In this document: positions 9,479 to 19,456 of the stretch, piece after piece
Layout of the letters: each line of letters starts with the position of its first letter
Numbering within the stretch: the first letter of the stretch is position 1
Source of the DNA: a virus
DNA length: 64,000 nt
Reading direction: 5' to 3' (one strand)
IMG/VR virus record: IMGVR_UViG_3300044712_002706
Span: 1-64,000 of that record
Translations under genes and position numbers: made by a program
The notes under the pieces: model-generated
Databases searched by the model: none
Seen by the model: only the letters and a program-made list of their open reading frames with translations
Told to the model about the DNA's origin: nothing

Positions 9479-10864
9479 ATGCCACTGACACACAAAGTCA
9501 TCAACCAATATGCGGATGTCGAATACGACTTCACCACCGGCGACCTGATGATCAGCGACACCGGCTGGCGCATCCAGGGGCTGAAGGATGGCAAGGTGAT
9601 CGAGACGATGACCCTCGTCGGGGAAGCGTCGAATGCGGCCGATGTCATCGATGCAGTGAACACGCTCAACGAGCTGGGCCGCATGGCGAGAGAATGGCAT
9701 ACCGAGCCACAAAACCCGGACTCGGTCTGGGTTCACCTGTATGGCGAAAACGAAAACCCCAAGCGGGCACTCGTGTACGACATCACCATCGTCTCGATGC
9801 CAAGCGGGATGAGCAACCCAACCCTGGCCGTTGGGGCAGGCTTGTATACCTTCTCCATCACCCGTTCGGCCACCTGGGAAGATGCCAGCCCCCAAACCCT
9901 GGCGGCGCAAACACTGAATGCCCTGGGTGGGAGTGTGGCCCTGGCCGCCATCGCCGGGGACGAAGACGCACGTCTCGAGCGTTTCACGGCGTTTGGCAAT
10001 TCGAGCGGTGCAACGATGGCTGCTGGTATGACCAAATTGTGGTGGGGGATGGTCAACCTGCACCCCGACTATTCGACCGGCGGCGCATACAACCCCCTGC
10101 AAGAAATCGAAGCCGCAACCATCAACGCGTCTTGCTCTCCCCTGCCCACGGTGCAGGCTGACAGTTCGGCTTCGGGCAGCTCGAAAACTCAGTGGCTGAC
10201 CAGCGCCACCTTCCAGAAGATCTGCGGGCAGGAGTTGAGCGGGTGGTTCACCAACTTCCCCGCAGGCTACTATGGCCGCTACCTGGTGCTCCTGCGCTGC
10301 AAGCTGAGTGCCGCCGGGACGGCGCGGCTGCAAATCCGCTACGGGCAGCTCGGCGGCGAAGTGTCCCTCGGCGACCGCTACATCACCAACACCGACTACC
10401 ACCTGATCGAGATGGGCGAAGCCAGCTTCCGGCCCGGTGCGCTGCGCGAAGCCGCCTATGATTTTGGCTCCGGGCGCAACTCGGCAGGGCTGTATATCTG
10501 GGGCCAGCACATGACCAACCAGGTGACACTCTCGCTGGACTGCCTGGTGCTGATCCCGCTGATGGCGCACGGCTATGCCGGGGATGCCTATGTCGGCTAC
10601 CTGGGCAGCAGTTGGGTGTTTGGCTCGAACTTCTACCAGTTCGAGGACGATGAACGGGCGGCGGTCAACTATTCCAAAAACGGGGCAACGCTGGCTTCGC
10701 TGTTCGGCTCGGTGCAATACAACGGCGAGACCTGGCGCTATCTGCGCCGCGGCGGCATGCTGGTGGTGGCCGGGGAACGGGCTGCCGGGCAGGACAAAGC
10801 CGACACGCTGAAGGTGGAAGCCACCTACTACAGGAGATATCGCACCCATGCCGAATCCAGCTAA
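9479..10864 (+). CDS. Distal tail/baseplate protein (putative)
   Basis: Immediately after TMP; beta-rich. Confidence 0.55.
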   Translation: MPLTHKVINQYADVEYDFTTGDLMISDTGWRIQGLKDGKVIETMTLVGEASNAADVIDAVNTLNELGRMAREWHTEPQNPDSVWVHLYGENENPKRALVYDITIVSMPSGMSNPTLAVGAGLYTFSITRSATWEDASPQTLAAQTLNALGGSVALAAIAGDEDARLERFTAFGNSSGATMAAGMTKLWWGMVNLHPDYSTGGAYNPLQEIEAATINASCSPLPTVQADSSASGSSKTQWLTSATFQKICGQELSGWFTNFPAGYYGRYLVLLRCKLSAAGTARLQIRYGQLGGEVSLGDRYITNTDYHLIEMGEASFRPGALREAAYDFGSGRNSAGLYIWGQHMTNQVTLSLDCLVLIPLMAHGYAGDAYVGYLGSSWVFGSNFYQFEDDERAAVNYSKNGATLASLFGSVQYNGETWRYLRRGGMLVVAGERAAGQDKADTLKVEATYYRRYRTHAESS

Positions 10865-11978
10865 AGACTACGCCCTGGATGTCTACGAGAACGTCCTGAA
10901 TGGCGGCACGTGGACGGGGACGATCACGAAGCAGGCCGAAGGCTGGCGGAGAAGCATACGCCGCAAGGGGGGCTTTTGGGATGGGCGCTTCAAACTGCGG
11001 GATGACCGGGGTGTGTTGGAAGATTTCTTCAACACCCAGATGATGGCCCACTTCGAGGAGAAGTGCGGCGGCAGTGTCACCTGGGAAGGCTTCATCGCCG
11101 ACATGGATGCGCCGGTGGAAGACCGGGACGGGTGGTATCTGGACGTGGGCGTTGACGGGTACGTGCACACGCTGGGGTCGGTATATGTGAGCGTGGGCGA
11201 CAATACGACCGGCGATGCCAGCGTGTGGGTCAACGATGTGCTGGGGGCCAGCTGCGAGTATGTGGCAGCCAAGGCCATCAGCACGAACACGCTGCAGGTC
11301 TTGCGCTCGAACGCCAATGCCCCACGCGTGTGGGATGAACTCTCCCGCATTGCCGAATTGGGCGACGGTACGGGTGCGCCGTGGCGCTTCTACATGGACG
11401 TGGGGCGGCGGGCAGTGTATGCGGCGGATAGCACGGCGGTGGCCTACTACGTCAATGGCGGCATCCGGCGGCGGCGCTCGTGGTCAACGATGTGGAATGC
11501 GGTGGGGGGCAGCTACATCGATGATGACGACAAAGTGCAGGCCTTGACGGTGGAGACCAATGCCGAGAGTGTGCGCCGGTTCGGGCGGCGGGAGCAGCGC
11601 ATGTATCGCGATGGCTTGCCGATGGCGGCGGCAGATGCCTTGCGAGATACCTACCTGAAGGAGAACGGCTACCCCTGGCCCAGGCCGGTGGGGACGATTG
11701 GCACAGTTGACCTGTATACCAGCATTGGCGACAAAGTATCGGTGCTTCCGTGGCGGGTGTTGCCGGGCGGGGTGATCCGCGACCTGAGCTACACCGTGGG
11801 TGGCAGCGACTATGGTGGTTGGCTGCAAGACCAGCGTGATTTCATGGTGGACGAAGTGGTGGCTGATGAGAAGGGTGTCAGTTTGCGCACCTGGCTGTTC
11901 AGCGATGCCGATTTGCTCGAAGCGCAGTTGAGCTACGCCAAGAGCACCAAAGAGATGGATTTTGACTTGAGAGATTGA
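10848..11978 (+). CDS. Tail hub/baseplate protein (putative)
   Basis: Second gene after TMP; N.ES..RFGRRE motif typical of siphovirus hub proteins. Confidence 0.55.
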   Translation: MPNPAKDYALDVYENVLNGGTWTGTITKQAEGWRRSIRRKGGFWDGRFKLRDDRGVLEDFFNTQMMAHFEEKCGGSVTWEGFIADMDAPVEDRDGWYLDVGVDGYVHTLGSVYVSVGDNTTGDASVWVNDVLGASCEYVAAKAISTNTLQVLRSNANAPRVWDELSRIAELGDGTGAPWRFYMDVGRRAVYAADSTAVAYYVNGGIRRRRSWSTMWNAVGGSYIDDDDKVQALTVETNAESVRRFGRREQRMYRDGLPMAAADALRDTYLKENGYPWPRPVGTIGTVDLYTSIGDKVSVLPWRVLPGGVIRDLSYTVGGSDYGGWLQDQRDFMVDEVVADEKGVSLRTWLFSDADLLEAQLSYAKSTKEMDFDLRD

Positions 11979-11997
11979 TCTCTCACGAGATTGAGTT

Positions 11998-14616
11998 ATG
12001 GCAGAAGACAGACTTGGGCGAGATGGGTTTTCGCGGGATGGAGAAAAGAGCCGGGTATTCAACTACTCGAAACCGGTGCCGGGCGGGGTGACCGACCACG
12101 GCAGCCTGTTCAACTTATCTGGCGACCACCACCTGCAGTATCTGCACCTGAGTGCGGCGAGAACTGTCACCGCCCAACACACCTTCAACCCGCCGATAGC
12201 GGGTGCGCCGTTTCTGCTGGGGGCGAATGCCCAGGGGCAGACGGTCGTCGGTTTGAGAGCCGACCAGCTCAACAAATCGGTATCCACATCGAGCGGCATC
12301 CTGGGCGGCGGTGCGCTCATTGGAGACCTGTCGCTGATACTCGATTGGGGCAGCCCGACCATTACCACCATCCAGCCAGACGACACAGCGAGTGCGGGCA
12401 GCAGTACGAACCCGGCACGCTCCGATCACCGACATGCGATCACCGCGGATGCGCCGGGCAGCATTTCACCGGATGACAGCGCGAACGAAGGCACTGCCGC
12501 AAGTTTCGCTCGTTCTGACCACCGGCACGCCAACGTCACGGCAGCACCGGGGGCGAACAGCGTCAACCTGGCAGCGAGCGCCGAAGGCCTGGCGACATCC
12601 TTTGCGCGTTCAGACCATTCCCACCAACTCGACCAGAGCATCTCGCCCACCTGGACGGGCCAGCATATTTTCCAGGGGAATGTCATCACCCGCCACATCC
12701 GCCCCGAACTGACCGACACCTACGACCTGGGCACGGAAGTGTATTGGTATCGGCAGCAGTTCGTCAGCCAGATCAACGCCACCGTGTTTGCCGAGTCCAC
12801 GGCGCAGCTCTTGGGCGGGTGGTTCATCATCCCCAAGGATGCAGGCAAGCTGGGGGCGGTGGGGAGTGCCACCACCCAGGTGGACTTCGGCAAAGCCATG
12901 ACTAGCGGGCATTTTGTTCTGATCAAAGCCCACGACGCCAGCGGGACGATCAAGACCGAGTACATGCAGGTGGGGTCACTGGTCAGCGGCACGACCTACA
13001 ACGTCACCCGCGACGTGGCCGGGGCACACACAAGCGATCCGGTCTGGTCGGATGGCACACCCTGGATGTTGCTCGGTACGAGCGGCGACGGGCGCATCGA
13101 GCTGAACGCCTACGACACGCCGCGCATCCAGATGGTGGCGCAAGGTGCCGCCTACAACGCCCAATCCGAGCTGCTGCGCATCGGTGACCTGAACGGCAAC
13201 TGGGGCTATACCGGGCAGACGTTTGGCATGGCCATCGGCGAGCGGGCGACGGGCAAGGTCAACCTGACGATGGATGCCACCAACGGCTTCCGGGTCTTCC
13301 TGAACGCCACCCAACTGGGCCAGTGGGATACCGGTGGCAACATTACCGTCGGCCAGGTGGCGATGAATATCGGCAACGTGTATCTCTCGTCCACCGGCTA
13401 CCTGGCGCTGCGTTCGGGCACCAACGGCACAGTCGAACGCCTGCGCCTGAATGCGGACGGCTCAGGCTACCTGGCGAACGCCAACGTCACCTGGAACACC
13501 AGCGGGGTGATGACGATTTCGGGCTGGACGATTGACTCAGCTTCCATCCGCAATTCCGCTTCGACCTTCCAACTCCAATCTGGCGGGTATCTGAAAGCGG
13601 GCACGGGCATCGACGGGGCGTCCTTTTCCGGCATCGACATCAACGCCAGCGGCATCTTCGGCTGGTACAACGGGTCGCGCACCTTCAGTGTGTGGTCGTC
13701 ATCGGCCCTGATTGAAATCTACCCCCTAAAAATCCAGAACAACGTCATCGACGTCGGCTCTGGTTCGCTGCGAGTCGGCGTGACCAGCCCGTCCAATACC
13801 TACCTGAGTACCTATGGCGTTACCGTATCCGGCACATTCCGAACGGACTATTACGCAGCGGGCGTGCTGACGGCGTATCTGGAGTATGCATCGGGTTTCA
13901 ACTTCTGGACGAGTGCCAACTCGGCAGTGACCTTCAGCGTGGGTGGGAGCGGGGCCACGGTCTATGGCAGCTCGCTGAATTTCTACAACGGCTATGGGGG
14001 CAGCGCAACGTGGGTGGGGCAGATTTCGGCCAGCGACACCACCTGGCTCAGAATCAACCAGGATGTTGCCAAGAACATCTACACCCCGCGCATGTTCCGG
14101 GCCGATGGCGGGCTGGCTGCAGGCAACACATCTCCCAACGCCGGTGAAGTTCGAGCCACTTCGCACATTTATACCGATGGCGTGATTGCCAAATCAACCA
14201 CCCTATCAACGTGTGTATACAGGTCAACGGCCCAAACCATCGCAACGGGATCATGGGTAGCAATCTCGTTTGATACGCTTTTGTGGGACGATTATGGCCC
14301 GCACAGTTCGCCCTGGTCGTCTGGAACTCCCACTCGTCTCACTATACGGGTGGCGGGGACATATACCATTTCTGCTCACGTGGATTTTGCATCCAACGCA
14401 ACCGGCGAAAGGGTTGCCGTTATTCGGATCAATGGTGTTCTTGTCGCTCTCAATGGTGGCTCTGGCACTGGGCAATCAAAGTCCGTCTCCACGATGTGGA
14501 AATGCAGTGTGGGTGACTACATCGAATTCGTTGTATTGCAAACCAGCGGAGGAAACCTGAATACGACCGCATCGGCGTATTACTCGGCCCGCCTGGCGAT
14601 AGCCAGGATTGCATGA
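11998..14616 (+). CDS. Tail fibre/receptor-binding protein
   Basis: 872 aa, G/S/T-rich; repeated ARSDHxH motifs; C-terminal beta-sandwich-like domain. Confidence 0.75.
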   Translation: MAEDRLGRDGFSRDGEKSRVFNYSKPVPGGVTDHGSLFNLSGDHHLQYLHLSAARTVTAQHTFNPPIAGAPFLLGANAQGQTVVGLRADQLNKSVSTSSGILGGGALIGDLSLILDWGSPTITTIQPDDTASAGSSTNPARSDHRHAITADAPGSISPDDSANEGTAASFARSDHRHANVTAAPGANSVNLAASAEGLATSFARSDHSHQLDQSISPTWTGQHIFQGNVITRHIRPELTDTYDLGTEVYWYRQQFVSQINATVFAESTAQLLGGWFIIPKDAGKLGAVGSATTQVDFGKAMTSGHFVLIKAHDASGTIKTEYMQVGSLVSGTTYNVTRDVAGAHTSDPVWSDGTPWMLLGTSGDGRIELNAYDTPRIQMVAQGAAYNAQSELLRIGDLNGNWGYTGQTFGMAIGERATGKVNLTMDATNGFRVFLNATQLGQWDTGGNITVGQVAMNIGNVYLSSTGYLALRSGTNGTVERLRLNADGSGYLANANVTWNTSGVMTISGWTIDSASIRNSASTFQLQSGGYLKAGTGIDGASFSGIDINASGIFGWYNGSRTFSVWSSSALIEIYPLKIQNNVIDVGSGSLRVGVTSPSNTYLSTYGVTVSGTFRTDYYAAGVLTAYLEYASGFNFWTSANSAVTFSVGGSGATVYGSSLNFYNGYGGSATWVGQISASDTTWLRINQDVAKNIYTPRMFRADGGLAAGNTSPNAGEVRATSHIYTDGVIAKSTTLSTCVYRSTAQTIATGSWVAISFDTLLWDDYGPHSSPWSSGTPTRLTIRVAGTYTISAHVDFASNATGERVAVIRINGVLVALNGGSGTGQSKSVSTMWKCSVGDYIEFVVLQTSGGNLNTTASAYYSARLAIARIA

Positions 14617-14676
14617 TAGCCCTTCATAACGCCCAGGACACAATATTGTCAGAAACTCAGTGAAAGGAAAACACAA

Positions 14677-14871
14677 ATGCCACAAATTACCCCCCAACAG
14701 GCCCTCGACATTCTCGACCGGGCCACCCAGCCGAACGTATCGGACAAACTCAACCGCATTGACTACATCAACGTCCAGATGGCCCTGGAGACGCTGGGCC
14801 AGTTCGTGCAGGTGCACTCACAGCCAGCGCAACCGGCGAGTGCAGCTGTCAGCCAAAACGCCAACGCCTGA
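14677..14871 (+). CDS. Small hypothetical protein after tail fibre
   Basis: AAAGGA RBS, phage-like codon usage. Confidence 0.55.
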   Translation: MPQITPQQALDILDRATQPNVSDKLNRIDYINVQMALETLGQFVQVHSQPAQPASAAVSQNANA

Positions 14872-14915
14872 TGATTTTGAAGGGAAAATATTAAGCTTAA
14901 AATCGTCTGAAGGTA

Positions 14916-14990
14916 TTGCAGTGCGCGAAGGATTTGGTAGAATATTTGTACCAGCGCCCGGGTGCCCCCCTCACTCGGGCGCTGGTGCTT
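14916..14990 (+). ncRNA. Candidate small RNA: promoter plus hairpin with UGCCCCCCUCA loop
   Basis: TTGCAG-16-TAGAAT (extended -10), then 15-bp stem at 14950-14986; loop identical to that at 43656-43666. Confidence 0.45.
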
Positions 14991-15078
14991 TAATGGATGT
15001 TGTGCTGGGTGGATAAGCAATTAATGTATACAGAAAACATCAAATCAATGTGTAGACCTGGAAGTGCGAACGAGGAAA

Positions 15079-16455
15079 TCAATCAATGTCATAGTCATTT
15101 ATATTGAGACGCAAAGTTACCCCATTCCAAAGTGTTGATTCGCCTGATTTTAAGGGTGGCAATACATATCTCTTGCCATCACTTACTAAGGTAATGGTGG
15201 TCTTTCCAGATTCTTTATCGTACCTGGTTACAACAGCTTGATCGATGGGTATAGTTTTTAGTGCACTAGTTCGCTTGGCGAATTTTGTTGTTACCGGTAT
15301 AGATAATAACGCCTCGCCACCCATCACTACATCTATTCGAATAGCAAGCGAAATAGCATCTTTGATAGGATCTTCAAGTCGATTTTGCAGATATTTAGTC
15401 ATCAAGGCAATATAAATGCCCAAAAAAACTGTGAATAAGATGAGTTGTGGGGAAGTTGAGAAAATTGAAGCTTGTGGGTTTTCTACAGTTACACTCAGGA
15501 TGAAATTTTCCAGTGGGTGAGATATTTCCGCTACGGCGCTTTTTTGTGAAATAACCGGAATGGTCAAGTTAAGATTGAGTAACTGATTTCCTTCTTTATT
15601 AGGAGTAACCACCCACAACCATTCAACGGGTAATGAAGAAACCACCACATAGGATTGAGCTTCTGACGGGCTGATTTCGAAGTTGACGCCTTCCAGTTTA
15701 GCAGTCATGACTGGATATATCTGAATACGGCGATTGGTGATTAAGAACGCGTAATTTGGTAAATCCCCTAATGTGCTTGCTTCATGTTCTGCGAGTAAAC
15801 CACCTGGTTCAACATTCGCGTTCAAATATACCTGCGGAACATTCGCAAGCGCGGAATCAGGAATGATTTTGAAGCGAACGTAACCCGATTCGCCCACCTT
15901 CAGTTTTGTTGGGGCTTCTAGATTGACCGTTCCATACTCCAGCGGCTCAATGGAGAGTTGCGCTGTATATACGGTTCGGGAATTAACCCGGTCGTACGAT
16001 TGTTGAATATTCAGATAGGCTATATCTGCAAGGGGAGTGGCCGTTGGGGTTGGTGTTATGGTCGGCGTGGGGGTATTTGTGGTTGTTGGTGTGATAGTGG
16101 GCGTGGATGTGCCAATGATCGCAGTTCTTACAAAGGAACGGGGGGACTTAAAAAACAATAAAACAATGGGAATTACTATCAGCGCAACGATCCCGACGAT
16201 TGCTGGCATTTTGTATTGGGGATATTTATGTTTTGCAGGTAATCCGGGAGCAAGAGGCGGATTTTTAACAACCAGAACAGAAACTAACGCGAAGATAGCA
16301 CCAATAATCAAGACTACGACGATGATGATAATGCCCCTATACCAATTAGCGATGATCAAGAGAACAAAAGATATGAGCGCGGTTATATACACCGTACCAG
16401 TGTTTATTTTGGAAGGAACTTTTCTGAGCCAACCCATCCACTTAGGTTCATTCAT
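15079..16455 (-). CDS. Membrane protein with PT-rich linker (cargo)
   Basis: 458 aa ORF, three N-terminal TM segments, TPT repeats, low GC. Confidence 0.7.
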   Translation of the reverse strand: MNEPKWMGWLRKVPSKINTGTVYITALISFVLLIIANWYRGIIIIVVVLIIGAIFALVSVLVVKNPPLAPGLPAKHKYPQYKMPAIVGIVALIVIPIVLLFFKSPRSFVRTAIIGTSTPTITPTTTNTPTPTITPTPTATPLADIAYLNIQQSYDRVNSRTVYTAQLSIEPLEYGTVNLEAPTKLKVGESGYVRFKIIPDSALANVPQVYLNANVEPGGLLAEHEASTLGDLPNYAFLITNRRIQIYPVMTAKLEGVNFEISPSEAQSYVVVSSLPVEWLWVVTPNKEGNQLLNLNLTIPVISQKSAVAEISHPLENFILSVTVENPQASIFSTSPQLILFTVFLGIYIALMTKYLQNRLEDPIKDAISLAIRIDVVMGGEALLSIPVTTKFAKRTSALKTIPIDQAVVTRYDKESGKTTITLVSDGKRYVLPPLKSGESTLWNGVTLRLNINDYDID

Positions 16456-16496
16456 TTACAACGCCTTGTTTTTAGATTCGCTTCCTAATAGCTTGT

Positions 16497-19454
16497 TTAC
16501 GTCCCAGCCATCTCACTCGCCAGCACATCAAACCACTGCCGCTTCAACATCTCATTCACCTTCGGCTCTGTTAGCTTCTTGTACAAATCCAGCTTCGTAT
16601 GCACGAACTCCAGTAACAGCTTGTCGAGCACCTGGTTGAACTTATAGACCTTTGCATCACGCGGATTGTCGGCTTGCAGCACCGCTTGCAAGCTCTCGTC
16701 AGCCACCAGCTTGCTGCGGATGTTTTGGATATCTACGCGGTCTTCTTCGGTGATGTTGACGCCGTAGGTTTCGTTGAGGGTCTTGATGATGTTGGAGAGC
16801 AGGTCTTTCTCATCGGGAGCGCCGGCTTTGCTGCCATTGCTGAAGCCTGGCACGGCTCCATCCTGCTTGATCAGTTCGATTTCGCCACTGAAGGTTTCCT
16901 GCAAGCGGAATGAGTCCAAATCCACCGCATCACGGATTTCATAGGGCAGGCGCTGCCGGCGGCGGGGGAGTTTGCGGTTGAGCGCTTTGGTAAACGCATA
17001 CAGCTTTTCCAGGTCGGGGTCTTCGAAGGTGATGATCTGCGAGACGAAGCCATACAGACGGATGTATTTTTGCAGTGCCGCCCGGAAATCTTCACGTTCT
17101 TCTTCGGGTTTGTAGCCCCATTGCATCACTACCCGATCCAGCACGGGTTGCAGCTTTTCCATCGGGATATTCGGCGTGTAGAAGACCTCGGCGAAGTCTT
17201 CCACATCTGCATGGGTGAAGACTTCGAAGCCCGCCAGTTCGGTTTGCAGGTCGTAGAGTTTGTTGGGGTCGGTTTCTTCTTCGAGGGCGGTGGTCTGGTA
17301 GTAGGGCTGGAAGGCGGCCTGGATGTCATCGGCCTCGTTGACGAAGTCGAGCACGACGGTTTCGGTTTTGGCGGGACGCGTGCGGTTCAGGCGGCTGAGC
17401 GTCTGCACGGCCTGCACCCCGGCCAGCTTTTTGTCCACGTACATGGTGTGCAGCAGGGGTTCGTCGAAGCCGGTCTGGAATTTGTTGGCGACCACCAGGA
17501 TGCGGTATTCGGGGGTCTTGAAGGCATCTTCGATGGCTACCTTGGGCGGCAGATGGTTGAGAGAGTTTTCGGTGTGCTTCAGGCCGGTTTCAGGGTCGGT
17601 CACCTCGCCGGAGAAGGCCACCAGGGGTTTGTAGGCCAGGTGCTTCTCGGCCATGACCTTGGCGAACATCTGGTAGAACTTGACGGCGTGCAGGCGTGAA
17701 CGCGTGACGACCATCGCCCGCCCGCGGCCCTGGATGGCGGTGACGGTTTTCTCGAGGAAGTGGTCGAGCATGATACGCGTCTTTTGCTCGATGGCGTGCG
17801 GCTTCAAATCCACTTCAGACATCAGCAGGCGGACGGCCTTTTTCTTTTCGTATTCGCTGTCGGCGGGGATGGTTTTGACGAGTTTGAAGTAGCGCTGGAA
17901 GGTGGTGTAGTTTTTGAGCACATCGAGAATGAAGTTTTCTTCGATGGCCTGACGCATGGAGTAGATGTGGTGGGCCACGTAATGCCCGTCGGCAGCTTTA
18001 CGCCCGAAGAGTTCCAGGGTCTTGTTCTTGGGCGTGGCGGTGAAGGCGAAATAGGAGATGTGCGCCTGGCGGCCGCGGGCGTGAATCTCCTGGACGATCT
18101 CGTCTTCGAGATCGAATTCGTCCTGGTCTTCAGCTTCCGCCTGTTCCAGATTGACCGAGAGCGCCTTCTTGAGATGCTTGGAGGATTCGCCGGACTGGCT
18201 GGAGTGGGCTTCATCCACAATCACGGCAAAGCGCCGGCCCTTGAGTTTGGTCATGCTCTCGGAGATGACGGGAAATTTTTGCAGCGTGGTGACGATGATG
18301 GCCTTGCCGGTTTCGAGCGCTTCGCGCAGTTGGGCCGAGTCTTTGTCAATCTTCTTGACCACACCTTCGGTCTGCTCGAACTGCTTGATCGTGTTTTGCA
18401 GTTGGCGGTCAAGCACGCGCCGGTCGGTGACGACGATGATCGAATCGAACAGGCGCTCGGTGTCGCCGGGTTTCTGGTAGAAGCCGGCCAGTTGGTGCGC
18501 CAGCCAGGCGATGGAGTTGGATTTGCCCGACCCGGCCGAGTGCTGCACCAGGTAGTTGTGGCCCACGCCGTCGGCGCGCACCTGGGCCAGGATGTGGCGG
18601 ACGACATCCAATTGATGGTAGCGGGGGAAGATGAAGGCTTCGTGGGTTTGTTCGACGACGGCGCCCGCGGCGGGGTCGTAGAGCTTTTCGGGGATGACCT
18701 GAACGTGCAGGTAGTTGGCGAGCAGTTCAAGCAGCGTGTCGCGCTGCCACAGGTCTTCCCACAGATAGTGGGTCTTGTGGCCGTTCGGGTTGACGGGGTT
18801 TTCGGTATCTTTGTTGAAGGGGATGAAGCGGGTTTTGTCGCCCTGCAGGTGGGTGGTCATGCAGGCTTCTTCGTTGCCGATGGCAAAGTGGACGAGGCAG
18901 CGCTTGAAGGCCAGCAGCGGTTCGCCCTGCGGTAGGCGATCTTTCTGGTATTGCTTGAGAGCTTCCCGGACGAACTGGCCGGTGAGCGAATTTTTGAGTT
19001 CGGCAGTCAGCAAGGGGATGCCGTTGAGGAAGATCACCAGGTCAATTTCGTTTTCATTCTTCTTGCTGTACTTAAGCTGGCGGACGACGGCAAAGCGGTT
19101 GCCCTGGTAAAGGGCCTGGTGTTCGGGGTTCATCCCGCTGGCCGGTTTGAAATAGGCCAGGCGGAACTTGGCCCCCCGGTCGGTGACGCCCTTGCGTAGT
19201 ACATCCAACGTGCCGCGCTTGGTGATTTCGCGGGCGATGCGTTCCACCAGCTTTTGGGCGGTTTGGCTGCCGTATTGCAGTTCGAGCTGCTGGAAGGCCT
19301 TGGGCTGGGTGGCCTGGATGAAGGCGATGGTTTCGGCGGGCAGCAGGCAGAGTTCTTTGTCGTAATCACCAGGCGGGCAGGCGTGATAACCGGTAGCCAG
19401 CAGATGGGCCTCGATATGCTCTTCAAAATGGATTTCCAGGTAGTTGGAGGGCAT
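16497..19454 (-). CDS. hsdR: Type I restriction enzyme subunit R
   Basis: ELK nuclease motif, QHSAGSGKS Walker A, IVDEAH, FTATP and KFQTGFD motifs. Confidence 0.97.
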   Translation of the reverse strand: MPSNYLEIHFEEHIEAHLLATGYHACPPGDYDKELCLLPAETIAFIQATQPKAFQQLELQYGSQTAQKLVERIAREITKRGTLDVLRKGVTDRGAKFRLAYFKPASGMNPEHQALYQGNRFAVVRQLKYSKKNENEIDLVIFLNGIPLLTAELKNSLTGQFVREALKQYQKDRLPQGEPLLAFKRCLVHFAIGNEEACMTTHLQGDKTRFIPFNKDTENPVNPNGHKTHYLWEDLWQRDTLLELLANYLHVQVIPEKLYDPAAGAVVEQTHEAFIFPRYHQLDVVRHILAQVRADGVGHNYLVQHSAGSGKSNSIAWLAHQLAGFYQKPGDTERLFDSIIVVTDRRVLDRQLQNTIKQFEQTEGVVKKIDKDSAQLREALETGKAIIVTTLQKFPVISESMTKLKGRRFAVIVDEAHSSQSGESSKHLKKALSVNLEQAEAEDQDEFDLEDEIVQEIHARGRQAHISYFAFTATPKNKTLELFGRKAADGHYVAHHIYSMRQAIEENFILDVLKNYTTFQRYFKLVKTIPADSEYEKKKAVRLLMSEVDLKPHAIEQKTRIMLDHFLEKTVTAIQGRGRAMVVTRSRLHAVKFYQMFAKVMAEKHLAYKPLVAFSGEVTDPETGLKHTENSLNHLPPKVAIEDAFKTPEYRILVVANKFQTGFDEPLLHTMYVDKKLAGVQAVQTLSRLNRTRPAKTETVVLDFVNEADDIQAAFQPYYQTTALEEETDPNKLYDLQTELAGFEVFTHADVEDFAEVFYTPNIPMEKLQPVLDRVVMQWGYKPEEEREDFRAALQKYIRLYGFVSQIITFEDPDLEKLYAFTKALNRKLPRRRQRLPYEIRDAVDLDSFRLQETFSGEIELIKQDGAVPGFSNGSKAGAPDEKDLLSNIIKTLNETYGVNITEEDRVDIQNIRSKLVADESLQAVLQADNPRDAKVYKFNQVLDKLLLEFVHTKLDLYKKLTEPKVNEMLKRQWFDVLASEMAGT

Positions 19455-19456
19455 GG

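Noticed and set aside
11998-14616. Diversity-generating retroelement targeting the tail fibre
   Set aside because: No reverse transcriptase ORF and no adenine-variant repeat pair seen in the window
1-14871. Gene transfer agent or tailocin
   Set aside because: Linked to an integrase and replication genes and paralogous to a full phage late operon with terminase and portal
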